A stretch of DNA of 64,000 bases from Octopus vulgaris (GCA_951406725.2 OX597819.1:69936001-70000000); one strand, 5' to 3'. Positions 13,186-27,050 are shown, counted from the stretch's first letter. Notes: generated by a model not told the origin, from the letters alone. Program-made: numbers and translations.

Positions 13186-13328
<143 letters not shown>

Positions 13329-13354
13329 ATATATATACATATATATATATATAC

Positions 13355-13394
<40 letters not shown>

Positions 13395-13397
<3 letters not shown>

Positions 13398-13796
13398 GGA
13401 GTGGTTGTGTGGTAAGTAGCTTGCTAACCAACCACATGGTTCCGGGTTCAGTCCCACTGCGTGGCATCTTGGGCAAGTGTCTTCTGCTATAGCCCCGGGC
13501 CGACCAATGCCTTGTGAGTGGATTTGGTAGACGGAAACTGAAAGAAGCCTGTCGTATATATGTATATATATATGTGTGTATGTGTGTGTTTGTGTGTTTG
13601 TCCCCCTAGCATTGCTTGACAACCGATGCTGGTGTATTTACGTTCCCGTCACTTAGCGGTTCGGCAAAAGAGACCGATAGAATAAGTATTGGGCTTACAA
13701 AGAATAAGTCCCGGGGTCGATTTGCTCGGCTAAAGGCGGTGCTCCAGCATGGCCGCAATCAAATGACTGAAACAAGTAAAAGAGTAAAAGAGTAAA
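13395..13796 (+). mobile_element. SINE family A, full length
   Basis: tRNA-like head (GTGGTAAGTAGCTTG...GGTTCAGTCCC), internal microsatellite, and 3' end GGCGGTGCTCCAGCATGGCCGC...AAGTAAAAGAGTAAAAGAGTA. Confidence 0.85.
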
Positions 13797-13858
13797 TGTA
13801 TGTATGTATGTATTTATTGATGGATGGATGGATGGATAGGCGCAGGTGTGGCTCAATA

Positions 13859-13994
13859 GGCGCAGACGTGGGTGTGTGGTAAGAAGCAATCACATGGTAC
13901 CGGGTTCAGTCCCACTGCGTGGCACCTTGGGCAAGTGTCTTCTACTATAGCCTTGTGAGTATATTTAGTAGACAGAAACTGAAAGAAGCCTGTC

Positions 13995-14025
<31 letters not shown>

Positions 14026-14198
14026 CTATCACTTGACAACTGATGTTAGTGTGTTTACCTCCCCGTAACAGAGCGGTTTGGCAAAAGAGACCAATAGAAT
14101 CAGTACTAAGCTTCCAAAAAATAAGTCTTGGGGTCGATTCGTTTGACTAAAAGGCGATGGCCGCCGTCAAATGACTTAAACAAGTAAAAGAATAAAAG
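13859..14198 (+). mobile_element. SINE family A
   Basis: Diverged tandem copy of 13395-13796. Confidence 0.75.
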
Positions 14199-14244
14199 AT
14201 TATATGTGTGCGTGCGTGTATGCTTCACAATGAGAGGTTTCATA

Positions 14245-14542
14245 TTTTTACCCTAGTATTTATTCTACCGCTGTCTTATGCCGAACCTCTAAGTTATGAG
14301 CACGTAAACACACTAACACCGATTGTCAAGTGGTGATGGGGGAACAAACACAGACACAAAGACACACACAATCATAGATATATACATATATATATATGAC
14401 GAGCTTCTTTTAGTTTCCGTCTACCAAATCCACTCACAAGGATGTGGTCGGCCTGGGGCTATAGTAGGAGGCACTTGTCCAAGGTGCCACTGCGTGGCAC
14501 TGAACTCGGAACCATGTGGTTGGGAAGCAAACTTTTTACCAC
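14245..14542 (-). mobile_element. SINE family A
   Basis: Reverse-complement copy. Confidence 0.75.
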
Positions 14543-14849
14543 AGACAGATATTTTAAACAAAATTATGAATTGTGGTCAATCAAATTTGCCAGATGGTTT
14601 CATGCAAGATCGGACTCCCTTAAGCAGAAAGTGAAATTGAACAAGCGTCAGATATGTCTGACTGGCAATAACTGAAGGTCCTTTGCACTGGAGATGCAAA
14701 AGTAAAGAAGGCAGAAGCGTAAGAACAGAATGGAACTCTTGACTTCAAAAAGACAAGTAAACTATCAATTTATCAAAAGACATTTTGTCAGAGGATTCGA
14801 GAACTATTTCACTTGCATCACGTAAAGTGAGGTAGGTTTGAGAAAATAT

Positions 14850-15850
14850 ACAGTATAAAAGTATATTCCATATACGTATATATATATATATACGTGAGCT
14901 ATTGTCACTTGAATTCGAGATGAATTTGAAGCAGATGAAACTGTCATAACACCTACAAGAAACTTTCCAGATAACCGTGGACCTCGATGAGTCCCACAAA
15001 GCAACAAAAGGCACTAGAAACGGATTGCCAAGGCTCAAGAAAATCTATGGAACAAGAGAGTAGTGGAATAGGAATTTTAAAACCAAGCGTACATTGCATT
15101 TTGAAAGGACAGTGATTGGGAGAGTTACATTCTAAGAACTCTCTGTGCTTTCAATGAGGAAGATCCAGACGGAAGAGTGGAATTCTGGGAGGAATACGTG
15201 GCAATGTGTGTAGAAGATGCATACATTCCAACAAAGGTTGTTTGGAATAATGAGGCTACATTTAAGTTAAATGACCTTATTAAATACAACAATGGAACCT
15301 ACTGGAGACCCGAGAACCGCATATTACAGAGCAAATGATATCAATTTACTAGGATTCGCATTTGGTGCGGTTTATTACCAAAAAGGATTAATTGGACCGT
15401 TTATTTTTGGCGGTACTGTGACTGGTTTCATTTACTTGAACGATGCGATAATCTGTCATGCAAAGCTTTCGAGAAGACTTTGAAGATGTGGAGTTTTATT
15501 TCCAGCAATATGAAGCTCTCCTACACTACCATGGCATTGTAAGGTCCTTGCTTGAGATTTTTGCCAAACAGGTGGAATGGCCGAAGAGGTTTACTAGAAT
15601 ATCTTCCTTACTTACTAAACGTTTTTTTTTTTTTTCTGTATGATAATACTTAAAAGATAAGGAACGAATTCGGCAACAATTCACGAATTGGAACCAAGCT
15701 ATTGAACGAGAATGCCGAATGAGATGCTTCTTCATGTTTGCAGTTCCATTATTTCGCGTTACCAGCATTGCCTGCAGCAGAATAGTCATCAGTTAGAAAA
15801 ACAGGCGTTCATAAAGAAAATGAATTCGCTTCATAGATTCTATTAAATTT
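14850..15850 (+). mobile_element. Decayed Tc1/mariner-superfamily transposase
   Basis: FNEEDPDGRVEFWE..VVWNNEATFKLN..YW..GLIGPFIFGGTVTG..Y..FYFQQYEALLHY..VR..LKDK gives degenerate WSDEAxF and FQQDGAPPH motifs, with stops and frameshifts. No TIRs found. Confidence 0.65.
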
Positions 15851-16796
15851 TGGAAATGAAATTTCAATAAATACTTGCTTTATGGTTATTCAATATGTTT
15901 GTATAGATTTTTTTTTGGGGGGGGGGCAAGCAGCCGATATGGTTGTGGCGGGGTGCGTGTGTGTGTGCATTTACATTCATACATAAATATATATATACAT
16001 GTACACATATACATTCATAAATACATATACACATACATAGATATATATGTATATATATACACATATTCATATACACATACATACATACACATACATATAT
16101 ACATATACATACATACGTATGTACATACACACACTCATATATATATATATATATACATTCATACACACATACATACATACACACGTACGTACACACACAC
16201 ATACATACATACACACATACATATACACATATACATACAAACGTACATACGTACTTACGTACACACGCAAACACACTCATATATACGCTCATGCATACAT
16301 ACATATGTACACAAACACACACATATACAGACACATAGACACTCATGCATACATACATACATACATACATAGATACATACATACATACATACATACATAC
16401 ATGCATACATGCATGCATACATACATACATACATGGTCATGTGATTTATTGCACTCTACATTTCAAAAATGGTCGAGAACCTGATTTAACCTCCATCACT
16501 TATCTCTTTAACCACTTCAAATTAATTTTTTTATCTGCTTTTTGCACAGTTTATCAAAATTCCACTTTTATCTTTTATTATAAGATTGGATGAATTATAT
16601 CTCGTTTTCGTTGTTGTTGTTGTTGTTTTTGTTGTTGTTGTTTTTGCTGTTAATCTTTTTTTTTTGTTTGTTCTTTTGCTTTTTTGCTTCTGATTATTTT
16701 TTGCTGATTTGTTTTTACACTATTTGCCCAAAACATTTACCTCTTTTCTCCTCCCTCCCTCTTCCTCTCTTTTTGTCTGTTTGCCCCTCTCTCTCA

Positions 16797-16827
<31 letters not shown>

Positions 16828-17000
16828 ACTCACTCTCTTGTTTAATTTCACTTCTCAAATAATCTCTTTCTTGACCTTTATTCTTAGATACTATCACTGT
16901 GGCTTTGCTCCTTTTTACTATCTCTTTCTCTCTCTCTTTCTCTCTCCCCCTCTCTTTCTCTCTCCCCTTCTCTTCCTCTCTCTCATTCTCTCGCTGTATA

Positions 17001-17229
17001 TACAGGGTTGGCCAAAAGTCACCCGACAGTAAATCAAAATTCCATAAATACCCTCTGTAATTCTATTTTGACTCGAATGGGAAAATGTGTCACTCAAGAA
17101 GGACTTCAGTCTGAATAATTTTCATGGCATTTCATACTTAGATGCTTCGTATTAAATTTATTCAGGTGTTAACATAAATAAATCTTGAAATTAAATGGTT
17201 TTGACATACTGTCAGGTGACTTATGGCCA
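17001..17229. mobile_element. Tc1/mariner-type MITE, ~230 bp
   Basis: TA-CAGGGTTGGCCAAAAGTCACCCGACAGTA pairs with TACTGTCAGGTGACTTATGGCCA. The right tip is replaced by a SINE. Confidence 0.65.
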
Positions 17230-17610
17230 GGCTGTGTGGTAAGTAGCTTGCTTCCCAACCACATGGTTCTGTGTTCAGTCCCACTGCGTGGCACCTTAGC
17301 CTCGGGCCGACCAAAGCCTTGTGTGAGTGGATTTGGTAGACGGTAACTGAAAGAAGCCCGTCGTATATATGTATATATTTATATATATATGTATGTGTGT
17401 GTATATGTTTGTGTGTCTGTGTTTGTTCCCCCAACATGACTTGACAACCGATGCTGGTGTGTTTACATCCCCGTAACTTAGTGATTCGGCTAAAGGGACC
17501 GATAGAATAAGTACTAGGCTTACAAAAAATAAGTCCTGGGGTCGATTTGCTCGACTAAAGGCGGTGCTCCAGCATGGCCACAGTCAAACGAGACTGAAAC
17601 AAGTAAAAGA

Positions 17611-17612
<2 letters not shown>
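17229..17612 (+). mobile_element. SINE family A
   Basis: Homologous to 13395-13796. Confidence 0.8.
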
Positions 17613-17701
<89 letters not shown>

Positions 17702-19506
17702 AGTTAATCCAAACAAGAAAACACAAAAAAACAAAAAAACACAATAACGCGAGGACGTGGAACAAATAAAGTATTATTGGACGCTCAGGAAAGAAGGGAT
17801 GAAGGAGGGTGAGTGTTTGTGTGTGTATCTTTCTCACTCGTTTTTACTCCCACTTGCTAAGTCTTAGCTGCTTTCCACTTAACTCTTTCTCATAGTTTCT
17901 CACTCCCACCTCTCCCACCTCTCTCTCACTTTTGGTGGGGAGGAGCTTTCAGCTTTGCCCTCATATACTCATACTTCTTTTTTCGTCTCTTTATTTCAGT
18001 CGAATACAAATATGCATACGTGAACGCACGTAGCGGTGTGGTTAGTTTTGGGACTCACAATCCTAACGTTTCGGGTTCATTCCTGAAACCAGGCGACGTA
18101 TCTTTCCCTTGAGCAAGTTATTTCATTACTTATTGCTGCAACCTACTCACCTGAAAGACTTAGTACCGGCCAAGTGCCACTCCATCACTTGCCTTCCGTT
18201 TGTCTCATCCTGGATGTGTCGCGGAGTAAAAGACAGAAGCTGTCGATACAGTGTCTATGTCTGCTCGCGACTACACGGGCACCAAAGATAATTAGCGAAA
18301 GCATTTTACCAAGATATAATTGTTCAGCGAGTGATGTTCTGTGAGAATTGAAGACTGTATTTCCTAATTTTATCAGGTGTTTATTAATGGGTCCCTAATA
18401 CTTGCCGTTTTCATCTTGCGTAAGATGGAGAATTATGGTCCGGATGAGCGCCTAAACAATACGCACTTTCGTGAGAATTGCGGTGTCTGGTTGCGATCAA
18501 AGGTGGCTCTGGGTGCGAATCCTGGCCAATGAAATCTGAAGATCTCAAAAAACTTGAAATCTCCGACCATTACTGCTTATGTCCAATTCAACTGTTCGCC
18601 CATTGGACTCATCTCTGCATCATCTCTGTGAAATAAGTTCTACTCACAAGATGTCTAAGGTGACTTGGCCATACTCTCCATCAGCCTCTGGGGGAATTCA
18701 TTCGCAAGGCAGTCAACCCGGTTCCCCTCCCAGGCAAGCGCAAACAAGCTGGAGGACAATTGAGGACGTAGCAGGCGACTGGAAAGGTGGACGTGGAAGC
18801 ACAGTCAACCCCTACCTGTGTCTAAGGTCATCAACAGTGGAACAGGGAGTGGGTATCCATTACAGCTTCGACAACAGCAAACCGTCTGATGTGGTCAGCA
18901 TTTTTGAGGGACAAAGTTAACTAATTGGTCAGAGCTGGCTCAATCCACCCCGGGTAAATGCCACCGCAAGTAAGTGTGGAAGATACATGAAGTCCTCAAC
19001 CCGAACGCAGCAGCTGTAGCGTTTGGAACAGGCATGAGTAACTTTTTTCAGAAACTGGCCGAATGATACGTCTCATCATCAAGCAGTCCACGCTATTAAA
19101 ATTCAAGGTAACTTTTTTCGTTGGCGAACCATTCAGAAATCCCTGCGAGTCGCTGTTCGCCTGGTTGGCTTAGAAGTTCGAATTTGGTTTGGGGATGATA
19201 GGTACAAGTTTCTTTCGCTTTGCCAATAAAAATTCACCTCAGAATTCAAGAAATTTCACTCTGCGGTATATAGAGTATTGCGATCCAACGACTTTATGAC
19301 GCTGTTAATTCCTGACCCACATAGCTTCAGGTCAACGACAAAGAAAGATAAATGATAATTTCTGGTGTCGTAACATTTTTAATAAACCCTGGGTTTTACG
19401 AAGAGGTAAGATAAAGAATTGAACGATAGGACAAAGACCAGGATTTTCGCCTAAATATTTTAGTTAAACTTTTTCTTTCTTATGTCATACCAGGGAATCT
19501 AAATGT

Positions 19507-19580
<74 letters not shown>

Positions 19581-19962
19581 ATTATTTTTCTTTCTCTTCG
19601 TCTCTCTCTTTCCTTTCCTCTCTTCCTTTATCTTTTCCTCTCTCTCTCTCTTACTTTTCCTCTTTTCCTTTCTTTCTCCCTCTTAATCTTCTTTTCTCTC
19701 TTCCCCTCACTCTCTTTCTCATACTCTCTTTCTTTATCTCTCTCTCTCACTCTCACTCTCAAATCAAACACAGACATGTCCCTCTTCCACTCCCCACATC
19801 TCATTCTTCTACTCTCTTTCTCAACTTCAAATCTATTCACCTTCTTTCTTTCACTCTTATCTCTCTCACAGACATATTTACACACACACACATACATATA
19901 CATATATATATATATATATACATATTGAACACAAAAATACATACACACACACGCACGCACAC

Positions 19963-20003
<41 letters not shown>

Positions 20004-20009
20004 AACAGA

Positions 20010-20136
20010 TGAGTGGTTGTGTGATAAGAAGCTTACTAACCAATCACATGGTTCTCGGTTCAGTCCCACTGCGTGGCACCTCGGGCAAGTGTCTTCTACT
20101 ATAGCCTCGGGCCGACCAAGACCTTGACAGCCACAC

Positions 20137-20177
<41 letters not shown>

Positions 20178-20403
20178 TGTGTGTTTATGTGTGTGTGTGT
20201 GTGTGCCTGTGTTTATCCCCCCCATCATCGCTTGGCAACCAATGCTGGTGTATTTACGTCCCCGTAACTTAGCGGTCCGGCAAAAGAGACAGATAAACAC
20301 TAGGCTTACAAAGAATAAGTTCTGGGGTCGATTTGTTCGACTAAAGGCGGTGCTCCAGTATGGCCGCAGTCAAACGACTGAAACAAGTAGAAGAATAAAA
20401 AGA
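20010..20403 (+). mobile_element. SINE family A
   Basis: Homologous to 13395-13796. Confidence 0.8.
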
Positions 20404-20412
20404 TATGTATAT

Positions 20413-20640
20413 TCTTTTACTTTTTCTTTTACTTGTTTCAGTCATTTGACTACGACCATGCTGGAGCACCGCTTCAAATGGTTTTTAGTCGAAGAAATTG
20501 ACCCCAGGACTTATTCCTTGCAAGCCTAGTAATTATTCTATCGGTTACTTTTGCTGAACAGCTAAGTTACGAGAGCGTAAACACACTAGCACCGATTTGT
20601 CAACCGATGTGAGAGGACAAACACTCACAGACACACACAC

Positions 20641-20686
<46 letters not shown>

Positions 20687-20845
20687 GACGGGCTTCTTCC
20701 AGTTTCCGTCTGCGAAATCCACTCTCAAGGCTTTGATCTGTCCGAGGCTATATTAGAAGACACTTGCCAAGGTGCCACGCAGTGGAACTGAACTCGGAAC
20801 CATTTGGTTAGGAGGCAACCCTCTTACCACGCAGCCACGCCTGCA
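20413..20845 (-). mobile_element. SINE family A, tail-to-tail with the previous copy
   Basis: Reverse-complement copy starting about 10 bp after the + copy. Confidence 0.8.
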
Positions 20846-21073
20846 CCGGTATATCATGTATGTATGTATGTATGTATGTATGTATGTATGTATGTATGTA
20901 TGTATGTATGTATGTATGTATGTATGTATGTATGTATCACTATCCCCAACACCTACCTGCCATCACAATTTTTTTCCACAGTCACAATATCTAGAGGTGG
21001 TCGATATCAGTGAAAAACAAGGTCACAAAATTGCAACAGGTACAACAAACCAAAAAAGCAAATAAAAGAAAAA

Positions 21074-21276
<203 letters not shown>

Positions 21277-21739
21277 GAGAAACGATAAGCGACAAAAACC
21301 AGAAGCTACTCCTACTTCTACAGCAATTAACGCCACCTGTTACTACCACAACTACTACTGCTGCTGCTGCTGCCACTACAATTACTACTGCTCACTACTG
21401 TATTATAGAATATTATCATTTTCACTGACTCAATCTCACAAACAACGAGAACAACTGTAAACAGTAAGTCTACATTTTCCCAGTCTTAAATATTTTCAAA
21501 CGGGTGCTTCACATTTAATTAGAATACATATATACATATACACAAGCCGTTCGATTCACTTCAACATTTAAGTTTAATTTGTCAAAATATTTTCGTCGCG
21601 TTAAACTTAAATGACAAATTAAACTTAAATGTTGAAGTAAATCGAACGGCTTGTGTGTGTTTCTTAAATGGCTTACAAACACCTTCCACGCTGTAATTGT
21701 TATATATATATATATATATATATAACAATTACAGCGTGG

Positions 21740-21811
<72 letters not shown>

Positions 21812-22448
21812 ATGGTTTGATTTTGATTTTTCCAGTTTCAGCTCATGAGCTGTGGCCATGCTGGGGCAGCGCCATTTGGTTTGCTACATGATTTTACCTC
21901 ACGAATGCTTTTTAGCAACTGCCATATGGTGCATGAGAGAGTTCGATGCAGCTGCCCTCATCTGCACCTCCTGCCGTGAAGTTGGTTATATATATGTATA
22001 TATATATAACAATTACAGCGTGGAAGGCTTGTGTGTGTTTCTTAAATGGCTTACAAACACCTTCCACGTTGCAATTGTTGTCGTTTCAGCACACGATCTC
22101 AGATTAAATCACTTGCTATGCAAGTACATCTCCGTAATATATATATGAGTTAGAATTTAAGTTTAATTTTAAATTTTAAATTTACGTGTTGGGCATGGCC
22201 CTATTAATGTGACGACAAAGCATGTTCACTGCATATGGCTACCTGGCGTCATCCACGGTAATTGCACAAACAACGGTCGCTGGATCTACGTTAGGATTTC
22301 CTTAGCGCACGATGAGTATAGTAGAAGCAATGGATACGGAAGACGGAGTATACTGGAAACTTTATTTATCACATTGTCGTGTTAAATAGTTTCCAGTATA
22401 CTGTATCATCGTTATCCATTGTTTTTACCCTCTCTGTGTGTGTGTGTA

Positions 22449-22480
<32 letters not shown>

Positions 22481-22891
22481 TGTGTGTGTGTGCGTGGGTG
22501 CGTGCGTGCGTGCGTGCGTGCGTGAGAGTGTGTGTCTGTCTGTCTGTATTTAGAGAAATACATAATCCAGTAGATGCCGTGGTAGCTCTCAGTTATGTTC
22601 CAGGTTAAGGCTAACCGCATTGATTACCGTTTAACTTGTATAACTACTATGTGTTGTCACTCACGGTCGGTTTCCCTTCGAGGCTAGCTGGTTGAAAGAC
22701 CCCGAACGAAGTAGAACAGAAGACTGTTCCCGAGTGCATGTGCAATTGCAAATACTTTGTGCAGTCAAAACATGTGTAAGTCGCCATAACCATAAAAAAT
22801 ATGCAGTATGAAACTGTAAACTAAGAGGAAATATGTTTTTAGGATGTACCAGTCTCCATATTCTCTATCGTTATAATTATTGCCATAATAA

Positions 22892-24131
22892 TACGAGGGG
22901 CGTTGAATAAGTAATGCCCCTGACCCACTTTCCATAACAGTAGAACAACGACACTTGGCACAGTTATTAGTCTTTTCCTACATAGGAACTACCCAGAGTT
23001 ATGCATTTCTCCCGTCGTTTGATACAGCTCTGGAGACCGTTTTTGTAGAAGACCCCAGCTTGGTCCTCCAACCACGACGTGACTTCAGAAATCAAGGCTG
23101 CATCATCTGGGAAACGCTTTCCTTTCAAAATCAACTTCATGGCTGGGAAGAGGTGAAAATCAGAGGGTGCAAGGGGAGGAGTTCATAGCCGCACGCCTGT
23201 GCTTCTGATCTGGCGACACGCGAGTTGTGAATCGGAGCGTTGTCCTGCAGGAGGAGGATGCCTTTGCTGATCTTGCTCCGCCTCTTAATTTTGATAGCTT
23301 CTCTTAATTTCCTCTAAAGTGAAGCATAATAGGCTCCTGTAATTGTGGTACCCTTTGCCAGGAAATCTGTCATCACTACTCCGTCCTGGTCCCAGAAGAC
23401 TGTGAGCATAACCTTGTCAGCGGAGGGCTGCACCCTTGCCTTCTTTGGAGGAGGTGAGTCACGGTGCTTTCACTGCATTGACTGGGCTTTGGTCTATGGA
23501 TCATAGTGATGGACCCAGGTTTTATCCTGTGTGATCAGTCTTTTGAAAAATTTTGACTCATCTTCTTGGCACATCTCCAAATTCATCCTCGAGCACTCAA
23601 CGCGTTCTTGCTTCTGGAAAGGTGTGAGCAACCTGGAAATCCATCTGGCAGACACCTTTTGCATATGCAAATAGTTATGAATGATAGTTTCCACAGACCC
23701 GGTACTAATCTTGACCTCATGGACCATTTGGCGAATAGTTATGCATCGATCTTCCAAAATGGCAGCCTCAACTTGACGGACAGATACCTCATCAATGGCA
23801 GAAGTTCCGACCATGTTTGAATTCACGATGCCAACATTTTACAAGGTCATATGATGGGACATCATCACCATAAGTTACTTTCATTTCAGCAAAAGTCTCC
23901 CGTGGTGTGCGTCCTTTCAAATACAAAAACCGGATCACTGTTCGACACTCAACAGTCTCCATTTCACACTTGACTCAGTTCAAACACCTGTAAATCAGAA
24001 ACCACAATTAGTTCAGAGCTGTAATTTGCCACTTAATCTATAGAGATATCAATAATTGCACATGCAAAATTTCAGCTAGATCAAAAAACTGCAAGTGGGC
24101 CAGAGGCATTACTTATTGAACGACCCTCGTA
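22892..24131 (-). mobile_element. Mariner transposon (irritans-like), defective
   Basis: TA TSDs. TIRs CGAGGGGCGTTGAATAAGTAATGCCCCTGACCCACTT and AAGTGGGCCAGAGGCATTACTTATTGAACGACCCTCG. Transposase from ATG 23962: METVECRTVIRFLYLKG...KVSARWISRLLT...ITQDKTWVHHYDP...LLQDNAPIH, with stops, frameshifts and a deletion. Confidence 0.9.
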
Positions 24132-24234
24132 AAAGGGTAAAATTAATTAATTAATTAATTAATAATTAGTAATTTTACCAAGTAGTTCGGTATGTTAAAA
24201 TAATCTTTTTAGGTAAAATTATACAAATATTCTA

Positions 24235-24430
24235 TAATTATAAACATAATTATAATCAGGGGTCAGCTAATTGCTTCGCCATGCACCGAATTTAGTAATA
24301 GGAGTTAAAGTACCTTTTCTGCTACCATAAGGATCTCCCAGACAGTGAAAAGCATTTTAACTCCTATTTCTAAATTCGGTGCGTGGCGAAGCAATTAACT
24401 GACACCTGATTATAATTATGGTTATAACTA
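24235..24430. repeat. Imperfect ~195-bp hairpin (MITE- or PLE-inversion-like)
   Basis: CATAATTATAATCAGGGGTCAGCTAATTGCTTCGCCATGCACCGAATTTAG..GGAGTTAAA pairs with TTTAACTCC..CTAAATTCGGTGCGTGGCGAAGCAATTAACTGACACCTGATTATAATTATG. Confidence 0.85.
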
Positions 24431-24445
24431 TTGCTATATATATGG

Positions 24446-24775
24446 AAGGAGCACTCCGTCGGTTACGACGACGAGGGTCCCAGCTGATGCGATCAACGGA
24501 ACAGCTTGCTTATGAGATTAACGTACAAATGGCTGAGCACTCCACAGACATATGTACATTTAACGTAAGTTCTTAGCAATGTCCAGCGTGACACAGAGTG
24601 TGACAAGGCCGGCGCTTTTAAATGCAGGTACTACTCATTTTTTTCCAGCTGAGTGGATTGGAGAAATGTGAAATAAAGTGTCTTGCTCAAGGGCACAACG
24701 CTTTGCCGGGAACTGAACTCACAACCTTACGATCGTGAGCCGAATACTCGAACCACTAAGCCACGCGCTTTCACA
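24446..24775 (-). mobile_element. SINE family C, near full length
   Basis: The minus strand starts GCGCGTGGCTTAGTGGTTCGAGTATTCGGCTCACGATCGTAAGGTTGTGAGTTCAGTTCCC (tRNA-like head). The body is shared with 5420, 7900 and 18030. Confidence 0.8.
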
Positions 24776-24860
24776 CTATATATACATATATACACATCCT
24801 ATCCAGGAGAGTAATATATGAATAATCCACAGAATTCAGGAAAACCGCCTACGGACCAAT

Positions 24861-24934
<74 letters not shown>

Positions 24935-24938
<4 letters not shown>

Positions 24939-25200
24939 GTAAAAAAAAATACAAACTGGAACAAGAACGTAAAACATTTAGGAGACGATACTAAAAACAC
25001 GGACGGGACATTCGAAGCCTTCAATCTTCAGTCAAGAACCGGATCATCCTCGCAATTTCGGCTGATTAATCTTGAGATTGCTCCGATCTGGCCAGCCCCA
25101 AAGGAAAATCTAAGCCAAGCGCATTAGATTCCTTGGAAGAAAGCCTCGAATGTATACAAAACAAGGACGGAAAACCGGACGATGTTACACAAATAAGAAT
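24935..25200 (-). repeat. Interspersed repeat abutting a microsatellite; diverged relative at about 60945-61200
   Basis: ATTTCGGCTGATTAATCTTGAGATTGCTCCGATCTGG...TCTAAGCCAAGCGCATTAGA aligns by eye with ATTTCGGGCAGTTACACTTGAGATAGTTCGATCTGG...TCTAAGCGAAGAGCATTAGA. Confidence 0.6.
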
Positions 25201-25711
25201 ACAAAAATACGTAAAGACAATAATGATAACATGAATAAGTGTACAAAAATACGTAAAAACAATAATGATAATAATAATAATAACAAGAACAGGACGTCAC
25301 AGACAAGCGTCTTTTCGACAGGACGAATAAATTTTGAGCTGGCGTTAGAAATATGCCTTAGGGCGAGAGAGAGAGAAAAATGTGTCTTGCCGCGACGGCT
25401 GCTGGCCACGAAAAGGCTAGCAATCGGTCGGCTAGTCACGTGTGAGAAGAGAGAGGAAAAGAGAGACAGATGACGAGAGAAAGAAGGGGAATAAGGAACA
25501 AAGGAGGAAGAGAAGAGAGAGAGAGAAAGAGACAGATCAAAGTGGAGTGCAAAGTGTGAAAGGCAGAGAAATGTAGGAGAGGGGGGAGAGAGACAGTGTT
25601 ATAGGGTCGTACCATGTGTTAAAGAAATATATACTTACGTATAAGACCAAAAAGGGTACGGGCGCCGCTTATATATATATATGTAATTGTATAAGATATA
25701 TAAAGAGAGAA

Positions 25712-25776
<65 letters not shown>

Positions 25777-25777
25777 C

Positions 25778-25812
<35 letters not shown>

Positions 25813-25859
25813 AAGAGATGCGTGTGAGTGAGCGTGTGTATGTGTGTGCACGCGCGTGC

Positions 25860-25920
<61 letters not shown>

Positions 25921-25931
25921 GATGCATACTG

Positions 25932-25979
<48 letters not shown>

Positions 25980-25983
<4 letters not shown>

Positions 25984-26140
25984 AAATTTACAAAGAAAAC
26001 AAAAGACGGAGACGGGTGTGTAAACAACAAACAGATGTATTCGTTTAACGCTCAGGAAGTGATATAATCTTTTACGTTTCGAGCCTACACTCTTCAACGG
26101 AAGGGAATACAGAAAGAAACTTGGAGAGAAAATGGAAAAA
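25980..26140 (-). mobile_element. Solo PLE pLTR tail with hammerhead-like motif (26068-26105)
   Basis: Minus strand: CCCTTCCGTTGAAGAGTGTAGGCTCGAAACGTAAAAGA...TTCCTGAGCGTTAAAC...CGTCTTTTGTTTTC, then (TA)n. Confidence 0.7.
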
Positions 26141-26219
26141 GGTATATGTATATATGCGTGTATGTATGAACGTGCATGTGTGTGAAACTAAATGTATGTG
26201 TATGTGCATATAATCTAAG

Positions 26220-26258
<39 letters not shown>

Positions 26259-26651
26259 ATATACATTTAGCGTTTATGTTTGTGTATTTTAGTGTGCGCA
26301 CTTAGATTCTCAGTTATCTAATCTATAAATAATTTTCCTCTGCTGTACCATCGTATGTTTTATCTTTTCAACGATTATCTCGTCTCAATTTCAACCTGAC
26401 TTAACCTAACAAAATCATTGAAGTCTATGTTATTACGCACACACACACACACACACACACTAACGTCATTATGCACATCTTTTACATATGAATGTGGTTA
26501 TCATATGTGTCATAGTGTCCTCGAAACAGCTGTCAAGATATGACAATTGCATATCTTCTGTTTACTTTATTCCGTACTTTGTATACTGTAGTCTTTGTAA
26601 ATATACAAATTAAACCTGCGCTTGTTGATCTACCTTTCAACCGCTATCTTT

Positions 26652-27050
26652 CTTTTAATTATTTCAGTCATTAGACTACGGCCATGATGGAGTACCGCTT
26701 AGAAAAATTTCTAGTTGAATAAATCGACCCCTAGGATTTATTTTTTTCTAAGCATGGTATTTATCCTAACGGTCTCTTTTACCGAACCGCTAAGTTACGG
26801 TGAATCAAACACACCGACACCGGTTGTCAATCGATGGTGGAGGAAAGATTCACGCACACACACGCACACGGGAGTCTGTCTGTGTGTGTGCGTGCGTGCT
26901 TGTTTCCATCTCAAAAATCCCCTCAAAAGGCTTTGGTTGACCCGTGGATAAAATAGAAAACATTTGCCCAAGGTGTCACGCAGCGGGACTGAACCCGAAA
27001 CTATGTGGTTGGGAAGCAAACTTCTTACGACACAGCAATTTCTGCGCCTC
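26652..27050 (-). mobile_element. SINE family A
   Basis: Diverged reverse-complement copy. Confidence 0.7.

Noticed and set aside
18570-18975. ORF 18579..18920 as a gene
   Set aside because: No recognisable domain. It may be a decayed RTE-like 3' end, as may 50740-51085, but both are too degenerate to call.
25000-25065. Hammerhead in the 24935/60945 repeat family (CTGAAGA / CTGATGA at homologous positions on the minus strand)
   Set aside because: I could not build consistent stems I-III around the core in either copy.
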